From Paraglomus brasilianum (Eukaryota), in the NCBI GenBank assembly GCA_910592345.1, contig CAJVPI010000147.1, positions 1 through 48,984 of the forward strand: a DNA stretch of 48,984 bases, read 5' to 3'. Both the position numbers and the translations under genes were made by a program. The notes under the pieces were generated by a model. The model did not search any database. It saw only the letters and a list, made by a program, of their open reading frames with translations, and was not told where the DNA came from. Below are positions 34,868 to 47,363 of this stretch, piece by piece. How positions within the stretch are numbered: the first letter of the stretch is position 1; every line of letters starts with the position of its first letter.

Positions 34868-36986
34868 TTATTGCTTTCTCGGTGAAGACTTTGGCCCATT
34901 GGCACTTGTAGTACGGCGTTTCTTTTGAATCGTCGGAGTTCCACTTCCGTCGTTGTGACGTTTTTCTAAAAAGGAAAAAGAAAAACAATATAATAATCAA
35001 CACGAATGTAGTCATTTTAAATCAGAGGCGCTCCCCTACACTTGATCTACCATTTCCCATGACCCCCCCTGCCAACCCCTACACCAACCCTTCACCTGAT
35101 TTCTACTCTCCACCGTTTGAATTGACTTACCTGGTGCTGCAGGTGACTTTACTGATTTATTCATTGAAATCTGTCCAGCATTTGTTCCCGATGGAGAGGG
35201 TGTTGGTTGTGGTGTTGGGGCTTGTACATCATTACCTGTTATTCCCATAGATATGTGTTCGTTCTTAATGTCGCCATCTTTTATATTCGGTGGTGATGGG
35301 CTTTGCAACATTGGTGACATTGCTGGCCTGTTGTTTGTGGTTCGCCATGATTCTAACAGAAAGGCATCAAATTAATTAGTCGTGAAGAAGGACGATAGGA
35401 GGGGAGGAAAGACACAGTAATGACATGTATATCTCTAAAGTCATGTCTATTACGATTGTCATGATAAACACTTACTTAATGGCTCCGATGGACCAATCCC
35501 TCCATACTTTTGTGCGAGTAATAATGTAATGCTATATACCTGAGAAACGATTGAATTACTAATCAGTACAAGATTAAACAATGTCATCGCTTCTCGTATG
35601 TTAATATTGGGCAACAAATTTACCTCTAAATATTCCGTAACTAGTTTTGGTATCCCGTACGGTTCTATACTCTGTCCACTTTCTTTTCTACAATCTTTAA
35701 CTTCTCGTGTCTTTGGATCCCGCGGTAAATATTCTATACATTTGTCTGTCTTAAACTCAAATGAAGACATTCTCACAAAATTATTGAATTTTACGGCTAA
35801 TGTACCGCTATGAACAACCTAACGAAAGAGAGATGGTTTAGTCAGACTACCCTACAAACGAGAAAAAGAAATCAAAGGCAAAACTACAAAGAATAAGCTA
35901 ATGATGGTTCTCTTACTTGTGATCCATCTTTATAATGGTATGTAAATGTTGCTTTTTGAAATCGTAATGTCATATCTTGAAAAAACGATCTCTCATCTGG
36001 ATATCCAGGTACTAATCGCACGTTTATTACGTCCGATATATAGAATCTACGAAAGAAATGTGCTAAATTATGGTATTTTAAATCTGTAAATTGATAAAAA
36101 CGTAAACAAGAAAGAAAAGTCAATTAGTAAAGTGAAAACAACGAATTGCAAGACCAACAAATATGAGAAAACATAAGACAGAGACAAAGATTTGCCACAG
36201 ATGATTGATGGCTTTGTAAATTTTCATGTTTTTCGCATCAACTTACCATATGTGTCATGTTTCTGTGTATGTGAATTTAAAAAAATATATCGTAATCTTG
36301 TATCTTCGGCAAAGAAATTTTTAATAGGAGTTGTCCAGTAGTCTATTTCACTTTTATTTGCATTATTCGGAATATTCTATCATCGATAAAGTGTAGTTAG
36401 TATCGACGTATTCGCAGAAACAAATGCCCGTTTGGACAAGTATCGTCCCGACTTTGGTTACTCTTCCTTCTCATCATTACTTTACCACTCCTCTTCCCCC
36501 TCTTCCACCGTTCTCTTTTATCCTCATATACCTGCTCTGACAATTGCTCGGCCCAACTTATTACTTTCATAAATGCATTCCAGAGTTGCACCCTAAAAAA
36601 ACCAGCAACATAGTCAGTATTTGGGGGCAACAACTCCAAAACGAACAAATGTTCTCTCGATCATAAAATGTAACTACCAAGACACAAGCTTTAAAAGCAA
36701 CTCTCCCTCCCAACAAGGCTGTTATAGACCTCGATAAACGATAATAAGGACTGCCTGACCTGACTTACCTTTGACTTGCAAACTGAGTGTGAGGATTCGA
36801 AAGCCTTTGTGGCAGGACACCATTTGGCAGAGGGATTCTTTGCCCATTTCCTATTGCTTGCACCAAGTTTGTCGGTACATACTGACCAGTCGGTGGTACT
36901 ATATACCTTGTTGGAGCGAACTGAAGGTGCGGTGTGTTGCTTGGAAGTGTAGTGGTTTGAATTAGATTCGCCGGGTTATAGCTCAT
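34868..36986 (-). CDS. LIM-domain-binding (LIM_bind) family transcriptional co-regulator, LDB1/SEUSS/Adn1/Mfg1-like, 8 exons, ~384 aa
   Basis: In-phase exons 36986-36769, 36592-36532, 36376-36247, 36083-35917, 35818-35624, 35539-35476, 35352-35131, 34965-34868. LIM_bind pattern IDYWTTPIKNFFAEDTRLRY..LAHFFRRFY..ATFTYHYKDGSQVVHSGTLAVKF..SFEFKTDKCIEYLPR..PYGIPKLVTEYLE; C-terminal NLS-like KKRR. Confidence 0.8.
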
Positions 36987-37328
36987 TTGTTATTAATATC
37001 TCAATCTCTTCAAGTAAGAATAGTAGGAAAGGTTCGGCAAGGAAGAAAAGTAATATTCAAGGTTTATATGCGAGGTTTAATTTGGCGAGAAAATTGAGTC
37101 AACAGTGTTTCCCTACCAAATTGCCGATTATGTTTAACCTCTTACGGATGTTGGGGGGTCACAAGGCAATTCGCATTCCTTTATTCCTTTGGGAACATAG
37201 AAAATCAATGCGATTGGACATTATTTGGTGATTACGGCGTTTATGAATGTGTGAGAACTTATTGATGTCATTATTGTTTCTGTTTCATTTTTAAGGGTTT
37301 TATGCGTTTCTTTACGAGAGTGGAAAGA

Positions 37329-37600
37329 AAGTAGGTCTACCTAGAGGCCTATTTCGTGGTCTGCGCTCGCTAGATGATGGGCTGGCAGGTCTCGCTTGCC
37401 ATGAAACAAAGGAGATGAGCGTGGCTCGTGGCTGAACATTGCGTGAAAATAAGCAAGGAATACGTGTATGCGACGTTTGCTGCCGCTTTTATGCGCTCTG
37501 AAGCGATATTTATTCTTGGAGGCTATACAGTGATTGCTCTCTTCCGCCCTTTGCACTAAACCCAGCCCTGCATTAGTGCGTCAAGGCGGCGGAAGTTTGG
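37329..37600 (+). ncRNA. Candidate structured non-coding RNA, family unassigned
   Basis: GC-rich island in an AT-rich intergenic region with at least six helices; the G-U pairs favour the + strand (see findings). Confidence 0.4.
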
Positions 37601-37836
37601 TCTCAACTCTTCATAGAATCCTTAGAATGCTTTGATTGGAGGAATTTAGGGGAACCTAGCGTATAGTATCGAATATAAATATTACAAAATATTTTTGTTC
37701 TTTACGTTGAGAAACTCGGCTACTTTACGACATGTGGTCTCACTAAGCCTCTCGTTATTAATAGTTAAAACACAATTCAATCGATCCAATCTATTCAATT
37801 CCTGATACCAGATCATTGTTCTTTTTAATCGAAATT

Positions 37837-39276
37837 TTATCCTTGTAGGAAATGTTTTCTCAAAGTTCCGGTTCTTGGCTTCTTAATGTACATAAAGAAC
37901 ATTACACTAGTCAAGGCAGATAGAGAATACCTAATGTAATTTGTAAGAGAAACATGGTTCAAATAAAATAGGGGAAACAACAAATGTATTGATGCAACTC
38001 AACTCACCATGTAACGGCATACTGCGTATGGGTATTTCGTAGCTCTACTGCAGGTGTCTTTCCAACCGGATCCCCCTCGTCGATGAGTTTGTTGACAACA
38101 TACGGAGAGACATCTTTACATGCAAAAGCGAACACGGAAAGAACAGTCTAGTCGATCTCAAGTAGTTCGTGCTGGACAAACAGATGAATCTTGGAATAGA
38201 ATAGTCACCTAACGATTTCTCCACGAGTATAGGCAGAGCGTTTGTTCTCTCGGCCATTGTGTCAATATCGGCCCAGAGCCACTCGTTTTCTTCTACTTTG
38301 TTCATTGGTACAAAAATACCTCTCTGTCAAAGACGATTATATCATCAATGTTCATATCTTTGAACTAGTACTCGGCGCTGCAACGTATCTAGTTTGTTTG
38401 ATATTCACCTTTTCGCCATTCTTTACCATTCCATCTATCGTAACTATTCCCTCCTGCTGTAATTAAATTTAGGAGAATCAACACAGACTTTTTTGATGAT
38501 TAAACTCACGCAATCTTTATATACATACTAGACTATTCGGTCTCGTTGACGGATCGGCTTTATCTCGAGATATCCATCCTCTGTTTACCAAAACTGATGA
38601 TCTGATTGATATATCAGCAAAAATTATATGTATACATTTTCCAGTTATCCCCTTTTAAGAAATTACACAGATGAACGATGAAATCACTTACCCATCATCC
38701 CGTTCAAGAGGAGTAATAACATTATATCCCGGTTGATTAAAGCGCGAACGAAGCCCAACGAGCATTTCTTTATCGTGTTGGAACCTACCAGTGACGTTGA
38801 CGCGTCTGTAATACAGGTCATCAACGAGTTTTCGACTAGCGTAGCATCCGTTGTATTAGTTATTCCAACCGTATGAACTGATCTGTGGTAGGATCTTTTT
38901 CTTGAAACTAATTTACCTACTTAAACTTCTTGGGAAGCGTAATGGGAGGAGTAGATAATCGCTCTTCGCATAATTCTATTAATCCTACTTTCCAGCGCAG
39001 TCTCTGTATCTGCCAAGTGCCTAGGCCAAATGTTACTATTGGAACAAGTGCCAAAAATAAAGCTTTCAGACGGTAAGCTATCTTATTCTTCCGTACAAGT
39101 GTGATTGGAATGTTATAATTTGTGGTTGTCGCATAACGTCGTGCTGCTTGATATCGTCCTTGGTGAAAACAATTATGATTAGTTGAGCTCAGCAGAGGTA
39201 AACTGTATCTGCTAGCGTATGTCGATAACAAGCCCGCCGACGACTTGCGAAATACCGAATTTTTCATCATTTGCAT
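37837..39276 (-). CDS. SHY1: Cytochrome c oxidase assembly factor SHY1/SURF1, 7 exons
   Basis: Exons 39276-38921, 38835-38692, 38601-38529, ~38456-38409, 38323-38209, 38113-38008, 37930-37837. Presequence-like N-terminus; motifs TFGLGTWQIQRLRWK, YRRVNVTGRFQHDKE, GYNVITPL, LVNRGW, WLWADIDTMA, LRNTHTQYAVTWYSLS. Confidence 0.95.
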
Positions 39277-39941
39277 TGGTATCAATAACGCAATTGCTCT
39301 GTTGTATTAGTATGGAGTTTGTGTTCCGGTCCCGTGGGTAATACACAAATTAGGAAATTACAAATTTATCCGTATCGGGCCTATGTTGACGTAATTGAAC
39401 ATAATCCCATTAATGTTTCATCTTATATGGAGTTTTGCGTTCCTTTATGAGTTACACCTGCTAAAGGTGTACATCGTCTTGTATGTGCACGATCGTAACG
39501 AGTCGTAATTCTACCTTTCAATTCTCTTAATAGGGATTTTAATCATTCTTGTCACGTCTACAAGATTAGCTAGCACCGAAATCTCGTTCAAGGCTAAAAC
39601 CAGTCGCTGACAATCTACAGCTTTGCAATTCTATTGACATTTGTGACAACATAATCAAATCACTCGTATGTCAATAATTATTTTTCTGTCATGAAGAAAA
39701 GCATAGAGATCAATATATTAGGAGGCAAATAAACGAAACATGTGCAAGCAACCGTTGTGTATCCAGTACTTGCCCGATCTGGATCTTCTTTCCGCATATA
39801 CTGCACAAAGTCACTGCACCGAAGCTTTCTCTCAGACCATTTTGGGCATCACCACTTCATCGGTGCTCCATGTTAATATCAATAGCAATGATTCGGCCAT
39901 TCACTAAGCGACATCGATCCTTTAGCGAGTGGATTAGGTCT

Positions 39942-40047
39942 GTTGTGTCTGAGTTTGGGACCTGTCTCAGTTCGGAACCCAGTCATTCAGTCCAGAACTC
40001 AGTTGTCTCAGTCCAGAACTGAGACAGGTCCCCAACTGAGGTACAAC
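39942..40047. mobile_element. MITE-like fold-back inverted repeat
   Basis: Perfect 19-bp inverted repeat TTGGGACCTGTCTCAGTTC (39955-39973)/GAACTGAGACAGGTCCCAA (40016-40034), imperfect outer arms, and internal CAGTCCAGAACT direct repeats. No TSD identified. Confidence 0.6.
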
Positions 40048-40959
40048 AATAATGACAGCTATGTACACCCTCTCAACACGTAGGCTAAGTGAAAAATGAA
40101 TCTTAAATACTCAAGTCAGCTTGATTAATCTCAGCCTTATCATCCCATATGCATCAGTCGCCGACCTAATTTATACTAACGAGTGACTCCTTCAACAAAT
40201 TCTATTTCGTGCGAGTCAATCCCCTCATAATATGGCGATAATAAACAAACAAATAGTTGTTAGTGGAACATCTACTGTACCTAATAACTTTTACGTAAGT
40301 TCTTAAGTTCAAATTATTACTTCAGGTGTCATAAGACTAATAGATCAAGAAAACAAAGGCATGTTAATATATGTGAGATGGTGAGAGTAGCCTTACTACA
40401 CTCACTGGACAAAAGTATCGGTAAAACGTATGAAATCCTTAATCCGATACTTTCATAAGAACTGCAAATTACTAGATATACTGTCGGATCAATATACAAG
40501 GGAGAGTGTTCGTGTATCTCAAACGAGGCCTTTGACTACCTCTACTCGTGCTAAACCTTAACGTTGGTTTTCAAATGCTCACAATGCTAGATCGGTCTTG
40601 TATACGCTATCTATTATTTTCGGTGGATTAATTTCGAAAGCTTATGGGTCGGGGAATAGAATAGCGTTATAATATCAAGGATTCCATGCAAGTTCGACTT
40701 GGTATATACTGCTGATACGGGAAAGCATTCTACACTTTTGCCAGCCATACTGTTCTAATTGCAAAGGATTATAAAAACAATTATTAAATATGAATATTGA
40801 AATATGCTGAAGATGCCGATTCTAGGGAAACTACGACTGCTTATATCTCTTTATCGATAAATCAAGGAAACTAAATGTCAAGAATTTTGTCCCGATTCGG
40901 TCTTTTTCTTGACACGCTGCACTGCCGATGTATCAGTTTGGTCCTGATAGTAGCATTAT

Positions 40960-41870
40960 CACGAATCATCTTTCACCTTTATTCTATCGAATACCATGCT
41001 ATTGGGCCTTTACTTATTTCATCGAGAACATTATTAATTTGCTCGCGCATTGCTTCGTCTTGAATACCAGATAAATGCACTTTACGCGGACTAGATAATA
41101 GATCTTACTTACCTGTTGATTCGTGAACATTTTGTGCTTAATCGTAGCTGTAATGAGCAGTAGCAATAATTATTTTTATCCCTCGTTACAAGATGCTCAT
41201 CTACGAATTTCTGCTAGTTCGTATTTTAGTTGTAATAATATCTTTAATTTAGCCCCAACCAGTTGTTTTTCTCAGGAAAATCTTTTGCTTCCTCTTCCTT
41301 GCGAGCACTGTACTGTAAGCCGTTCCGAAATCGTTGACAAGTATTATATAAATATGTTTTTGGACTAATAATTGGTGCCATAACTTGCGAAATGCATCGT
41401 ATTTTAACAATTTTCAACGTGATATTGTCATCAAGACCTGCGATAAAATCGCGATAGACCGGTTTGTAAAGAGTATTATAAGGATTGAGTAATTCAGGTT
41501 AAGTTTCTACCGGGACTTGGTAGTCTATGAATTTCAGCATAGTTTTCGAAAATTTTTTCACGCATTTTTATCTTGGTCTCCATCGCGGTACTCTGTTTGC
41601 ATTATCGTGAACGTGTGGTATTACGTGTATACCATTTGTCTCCACGTAATTTTTGACGTTTTCGAAGTGAGTGCGGCCAATTTCTAACGTATTGAGATAC
41701 GTTTGCTGGCAAAGAGGGGTATTGCGATCTTACGTTCTCTTATTAGTACGCGTTTCTTTTTTCCATCATCCATTGCTTTCAGTTGAGCTATTAAAGTATA
41801 TCTTGCTCAGATCTAGAGAAAACTTGAAACGCTTCACGCAACTCAGCAAACTTTTCTCTCGCAATCATTT
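40960..41870 (-). mobile_element. Decayed Sola-like DNA transposase
   Basis: Across stops and frameshifts: PLCQQTYLNTLEIGRTHF..HVHDNANRVP..ENYAEIHRLPSPGR..YDAFRKLWHQL..TCQRF..AHYSYD*AQNVH..QQVSKIYYL-PRKVHLSGIQDE..SKGPN. These match the HGN, YAxxHGLPxPGR, DxAQ and QxGxIYFxSPRK motifs of Sola1-type transposases as I recall them. Confidence 0.72.
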
Positions 41871-44309
41871 CGATGGAGCCATTATACTCATTATTCTTCA
41901 TATAGATAGTTCTATATACAATTTTAATCCTATACACTATTTGTCAAAGAGAAAAGTCTCTTTACAAATAATTTCGTATTACCTATGAGCATCATGGACA
42001 TTTCTTTAAATCAAAGTTATTATTATAGTATTTGTTTAATCTAGCGGCTTGTAATGACAATACTCAATATGTTTCATTCTTTCAACTGTTTGATAAAAAA
42101 ATCTGCAGTATCCAATTATTATTATTATGGTCCATAGGACCAACGCGTCCGGCAAACCTGTCAGCACCATTCAGCACAAAGAATTGGTAATCTCTGCCAC
42201 ACAACCTGTGAGAAGAACTTAATATTGGAACAATACTGTTTGAGTCAAAGAAAGATGGTAAGTAAGGGTAGTAGATAGTAATAGCCAGAGGGAGATATCC
42301 ATATCGACACGTGTAACCCAAAAAACATGTGTTACAAAATTCTTGACCATGTACGCGTCCAGTGAATGTCTCGACACATTATGGGTTTACTTTCACAAAA
42401 GAAGAGCCAACTCCATCCTGCACGATTCTATGAAAAATTTAAATATTCTTATGCACAGAAAACGGAAGCTGAACGAGAGTATGTCATGATGGTGTGTCAT
42501 TTTGCAAATTATAATGACCCAAGAGATTATTGGACAGTTATCTGTAAGTATTTTCACCTAATGACACGAATTGAGTACGAATAAATATAAGTTTCTCGAA
42601 TTGAAGTTTTTGTCTCGAAAAAAGCTCACGCTCAACGACTTGGAATCAGACCATTACTGGCAGACTGTCCAGGAAAAAAAAAAGGTAGAAACAGAAATGC
42701 AGTATGACGGTTTACACTTTTTGCATACCAAAGCATTATGTATTGCTGACTTACTATCTGTTATTGTAGCTTATCCATAGAGCGTCGACATTCAAGCGTG
42801 TTTACGTGGAGCATGGCATATATTAATATGGTGGATGTATAAACAAACGGGCTCTCGCCAAATGCTTAATGACTTCGTGTCCAGTACGACAGAATCAGAA
42901 CCTCAACCTGAAAGTGTCGAAACAGATTCAGTGATGATTACGATGGCAATTATGATAATTGTGATGATACTGTTTGTCCAACCGATTGTAAAGAGCGAAT
43001 AATCAAAAGGTGTTTCATATCCATGTAAGTTTGCTGAATAGTCTTTGTTTGCAATGTCACTCGCCCAAGACATTATTTATTAACGACCCCATCTTTTATT
43101 TTGCAGTCTCAATATATAAGGCGTAATGCAAGTCAGAGACGGAATATACAAGCTGTACCTGCTTGACGCCACAGTAGAAACTGACCCTGATCTGATCATC
43201 TCCTAGTAAGTTATCTAATGTGTCCAATATAATATCGGTGTTGTATCGGTGGCCGTTTTCGCGCTGTCGTCTCCTGGATCTTTTAACAAGTAGAAACTTG
43301 CCATCATTCCAATTCAGGATAACGGTCGCCTTGACGTTGAGAAGGTGGATTGCCTGTCCATCTACGCAGCAGATTGGATATGGCGGGTGGGGTTGTGAAG
43401 GCGAAGATCGTAATATTGTGCTGCATAGAAAACTACCAAAGTCTAAAAAAAAAAGATTACCAAACCAAAGTTATTGAAATCCCTTCTGAAATAAGAGAAA
43501 ATTTACAACTTTGTTATTTAATTATTTGTTCGAGTGAATTAGCCAGCCATTTAAATTCTTGCCAAGGAATAACTTATGGACAAAAAATAAACCATGCTAA
43601 AAATGTAGGAGAAAAAGTATGCTGAATAAGGGCTGAAAATTTAGGCAAATCTGTGCGGCAACGCTTAATGTTAGGCAGTTATTTTCTGCAAACAAAAAAG
43701 ATTGTGAAAGCGCTTACTCTTTTCGACAAAAAGTAAAAGACTGAACTGATAAAGTTTTTCGCCACGATCTATACTTCGATTGTTATTTAGCTGAAGGCTG
43801 GTGCCGAATTCGAGAATCCGCTGCGATTGCCTATACTTGGTATAACACAAATCGAGCCTACTGGAGCTTTGGCATTGGTAGCAACCAATTGTGTGCTATA
43901 TGTGGCCAGGCTCTCCCTGAAACGGCAGAGTAGTGTGAACGCAATGGACTGCGTGACAGTTGGACCAGTGGCAATGTTGATTACGATATGATTATCAAGG
44001 ATTCCTATACGAAAGGTTGGCAAGCTTTACACGGCTGAATGTATTCGGGTCAAAACTGAGTTTGACGACAGAAAATCTATGAAAGTATCAGCTGTAACCA
44101 ATCAAAACAATGCCGATAAGACCATGCTACAAGAAGTGTGTATATGACTGCTATCTTTCCTTTCTCCTTTACCCTTTACTTGCGCCATTTCTGAAATAAT
44201 GGTGCGGAAATCTTTCGCACACTACAAAGGCAAGAGTTTTTGGTTTATCAAGACTTGATTCGATAGGAGAATTGGCCCTTGTGAGTCGTCGCGCTTGTCA
44301 TACCCAGAC

Positions 44310-45990
44310 GACAATGCTTGGTGCAAAGACTGTGACTGGAAGCAAATGATCGAAGTGGAAATTCAGAATATGATACAATCATATGCGGAATGGATATAAT
44401 AAAAACTGGCGTGGATACCATTGTCTCCGATAGATTCCCTGGAATCGGCTTCAAAACATGATTGAAATCTCAAAGGATCCTTTGGCAGTATTTTCGCAGC
44501 TGATTTTGTTGACGGTCAATATAAGTATAATACAAATGATGCAGATGGCGAATATATCATTCACAATTGGATACCCTGCCGTGTAATCGCCAAACTTTTC
44601 CCGACAACGATAATGGAAACTTTTTGAAAGAGGTACTTGATTTGATATTTGGTACTGTGAATTATAGTTCGATTATATAATAACCTTTCTTTCAATTGGC
44701 TGAAGGAATGCGCAGAGGCAATCGAAGCGAGCCAATATGGTCTTCAAAAGTTTATACCAAACTGGCAACCAAAACTGAAACCTTGGGGAGTTTCCAAGTC
44801 GGATTTCAGGGGAGGGTATACACTAATAGTTTCTGGCGCGTGTTTGAACAATGACGTTTTGAATATCATTGAAATGGTGTGTGCATGTCGTCTTTAGTGA
44901 ATTACAGTACCCCCTCCCCTATACCAACACTTACTTTGATAACGTCATCATTTGCAAAGGCAACGAGCGGGATGGGCTGGGATTTCGGGACGTTATATTA
45001 TGCGGATTGGCTTGATGGGTCTTTCAAGGGAGTCTATAACAATGAGTCTGGTAAAAAGCAAGAGATTTCTCAAGGTTTTCCCTGAGTATGAGAGCGATCA
45101 ATTCGAGGAAAAACTTATATGGTTAAATCTCGACAGACTTTGATTGATGCTATGTTTGATATAACTTGCCTATCTTTTGGTTTGGAGAACTAGCTGCAGG
45201 AAGAAGCATATTTACTGTGCAAAAGCAGCAGCTACAGTAGAAAACTAACACTTTTTGGAATATCGCGTATTGAGGCCACGGGCGCATATGCTTTATCTGC
45301 GGAAAGATCTTTTCGAACAAAGACTTTTGGTGTAATGAATGTGATCGAAAGGAATTAATGGAAGATTTGACGACTATTAAAGCCGACTTTATTTGTCTTC
45401 AACCTAATCGTCTCGATAATTTAGTAGAGATTAGAAAGGAATTATCTATGCTGCGAATTGGATAGATGGAAATATTCGGGAGTAGATTTTGGGGATGACG
45501 GTAGGCGTGTTGTGGGAAGTCAAACTTCTTTATGATCGAAATGGCATTGAAGACGATTTTTTGCAAGAGGTGAGTCTCAAATGCAGACTTTCAGTTTCAC
45601 GTGAAAATTCTTAATTTCTTGTTCTTTCTCTTATGGCAGTTAAGTGTGGGCAGGTGGTTTTGAAAATCCAGAGTTTGATGATACAAAAGATGTGTATTTT
45701 GGGTGTATCACGCTTGAAGGCTACAGGCAAACATATCCTGGTTATGGATTATGCCGATCTTGGGAATTTGACTTCTTCTTGCGTAAAAGTCTGTGGACTA
45801 GTAAGCTACAGTTTTTTTAAAGATAGCCAATAGCTTGAGAGACTTACACGCGACTGGTATGATCATTGAGAGTAGAGAAAACAACGCGGTCTCACCGATT
45901 ACGGGCTTTCAATTCCATTTGTTGCACCAGAGGTTCTTGGTGGTAAACCATACACGCTGGTATTTGTTATGGCTTGTAATGTCACAGTCT
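44310..45990 (+). pseudogene. Degenerate multi-module TKL kinase
   Basis: Three N-lobe-like fragments (GSFGSIFAADFVDG ~44476; FGTLYYADWLDG ~44983; IYAANWIDG ~45445), then ILGVSRLKATGKHILVMDYADLGNL (~45700-45770) and TDYGLS-PFVAPEVLGGKPYT (~45895-45955). Many stops and deletions. Confidence 0.75.
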
Positions 45991-46939
45991 ATGCACCGGT
46001 ATTAAGAATTTGGGTTAGGTAATACAAGTAATGATTACACGTAATAATGCGAAACTCGATTTTTGTTTGAAGTACGTTTTGCTTTCAATTTGCATACTTC
46101 ATGATAGACAAACCAACTATTTCAAGTCTACAATTTCACCCACATTTTTACTTGAAAATTTACAAAAACCTAAAATTAGAGAAAGAAAAATTAGAACTAC
46201 AAGCTCAAATATTTAAGCAAATAAATATTGTTAGACTTTGCGAATTAAGACATAAAAAAGTTATTGAGGAGTTTACTTAACTCCTTGTTCTTCTTGCACT
46301 TTCGATTATTATTGTGGTAAGTTTATTCCTTAAATCAAAATTTTGCTGGTAATACAATCGGTCACGCTCTTTTTTATTTCTCCTTTTTTTAATTTACGAT
46401 TCATAAATATTTAAAATTGGTGACTTATTCGGGGGAGAACTTTTACAAACAAAAAACGAATCCCAAAACCAAAACTTTAAGATTAATAGCGTGCCATTTC
46501 GAAAATGTCACAAGTCCGCTTTTTGAGTGTTATGTGCGTCACATGTCAATAGTCTAAACATGTTGTTTATCAATGTTGTGTTTAATCGCTCCAGCAGGAC
46601 CAGTCGGTAATGCCCGACACGTGCACGTTCATTGTTGGGGTCTACGCCTTTCTCGGGGGAAATCTACCATTGCCTTAGATAGGGAAAGATGCCAAGTAAG
46701 TACTCTATGCTTTCTGCAACATCTATTGTGATTGACCGACTGAATAGAAAATCTCTATAGCATCTAGCAAATGAAAGCATAAGAAATAGAACAATTATTC
46801 ATATGATAATGAATATAGATAGGATTATAAAATACTGTGTAAGTAAATTGTCCTGGAGTTTGTTTATTGGCTTATCCAACTTGATTTTAACCTGATACTG
46901 AGAAATTTCCAGGAGGCTGCAACCAAGCGAAGTAGTTGT

Positions 46940-47301
46940 CCAAGGGAAGACAAGAGAGTCTACATATACAGGGCAGTCATGAAGGAGCTTAAATCACTGG
47001 ACATATCAAAAGTCAAACCCGATCATCCACTAGCTTGTGGAATATTTGATCTTACAAAGAGGGTTGACAATTATGCCAACATACTGCCAGAGGAGATACA
47101 GACATTGTTGAAGAGGAACAACTTTGTCCATGATGTGGAGCTCTGAAGTAGTTCAGGGTATGATTGATGAGTTTATGGATTCATGCAAAGGGTTGCAAGG
47201 TAATGTCATTGCAAAGAACATGCCTCAAATCAACAATCCAACACATGTAGATAGTGAGGATGAAGAGGTTGTCCAAGTGGTTAGTGACCTGCTTGCAGGA
47301 T
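46940..47301 (+). pseudogene. Isolated exon fragment of a probable effector/REase-type hypothetical gene
   Basis: Open segment KELKSLDISKVKPDHPLACGIFDLTKRV...VVSDLLAGL ends at a GTAAGT donor with no downstream exon visible; CpG-depleted. Confidence 0.4.
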
Positions 47302-47363
47302 TGTAAGTATATTAATATCAATTATAATCAATTTGTAACATTACTATGTATTAATATTAAGAC

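Noticed and set aside
37355..37410. Hammerhead-like CTAGATGA...stem...GAAAC
   Set aside because: The core has insertions, and stems I and III cannot be formed.
42330..43210. Broken exon-like segments on the + strand
   Set aside because: Stops and frameshifts with no family I can name.
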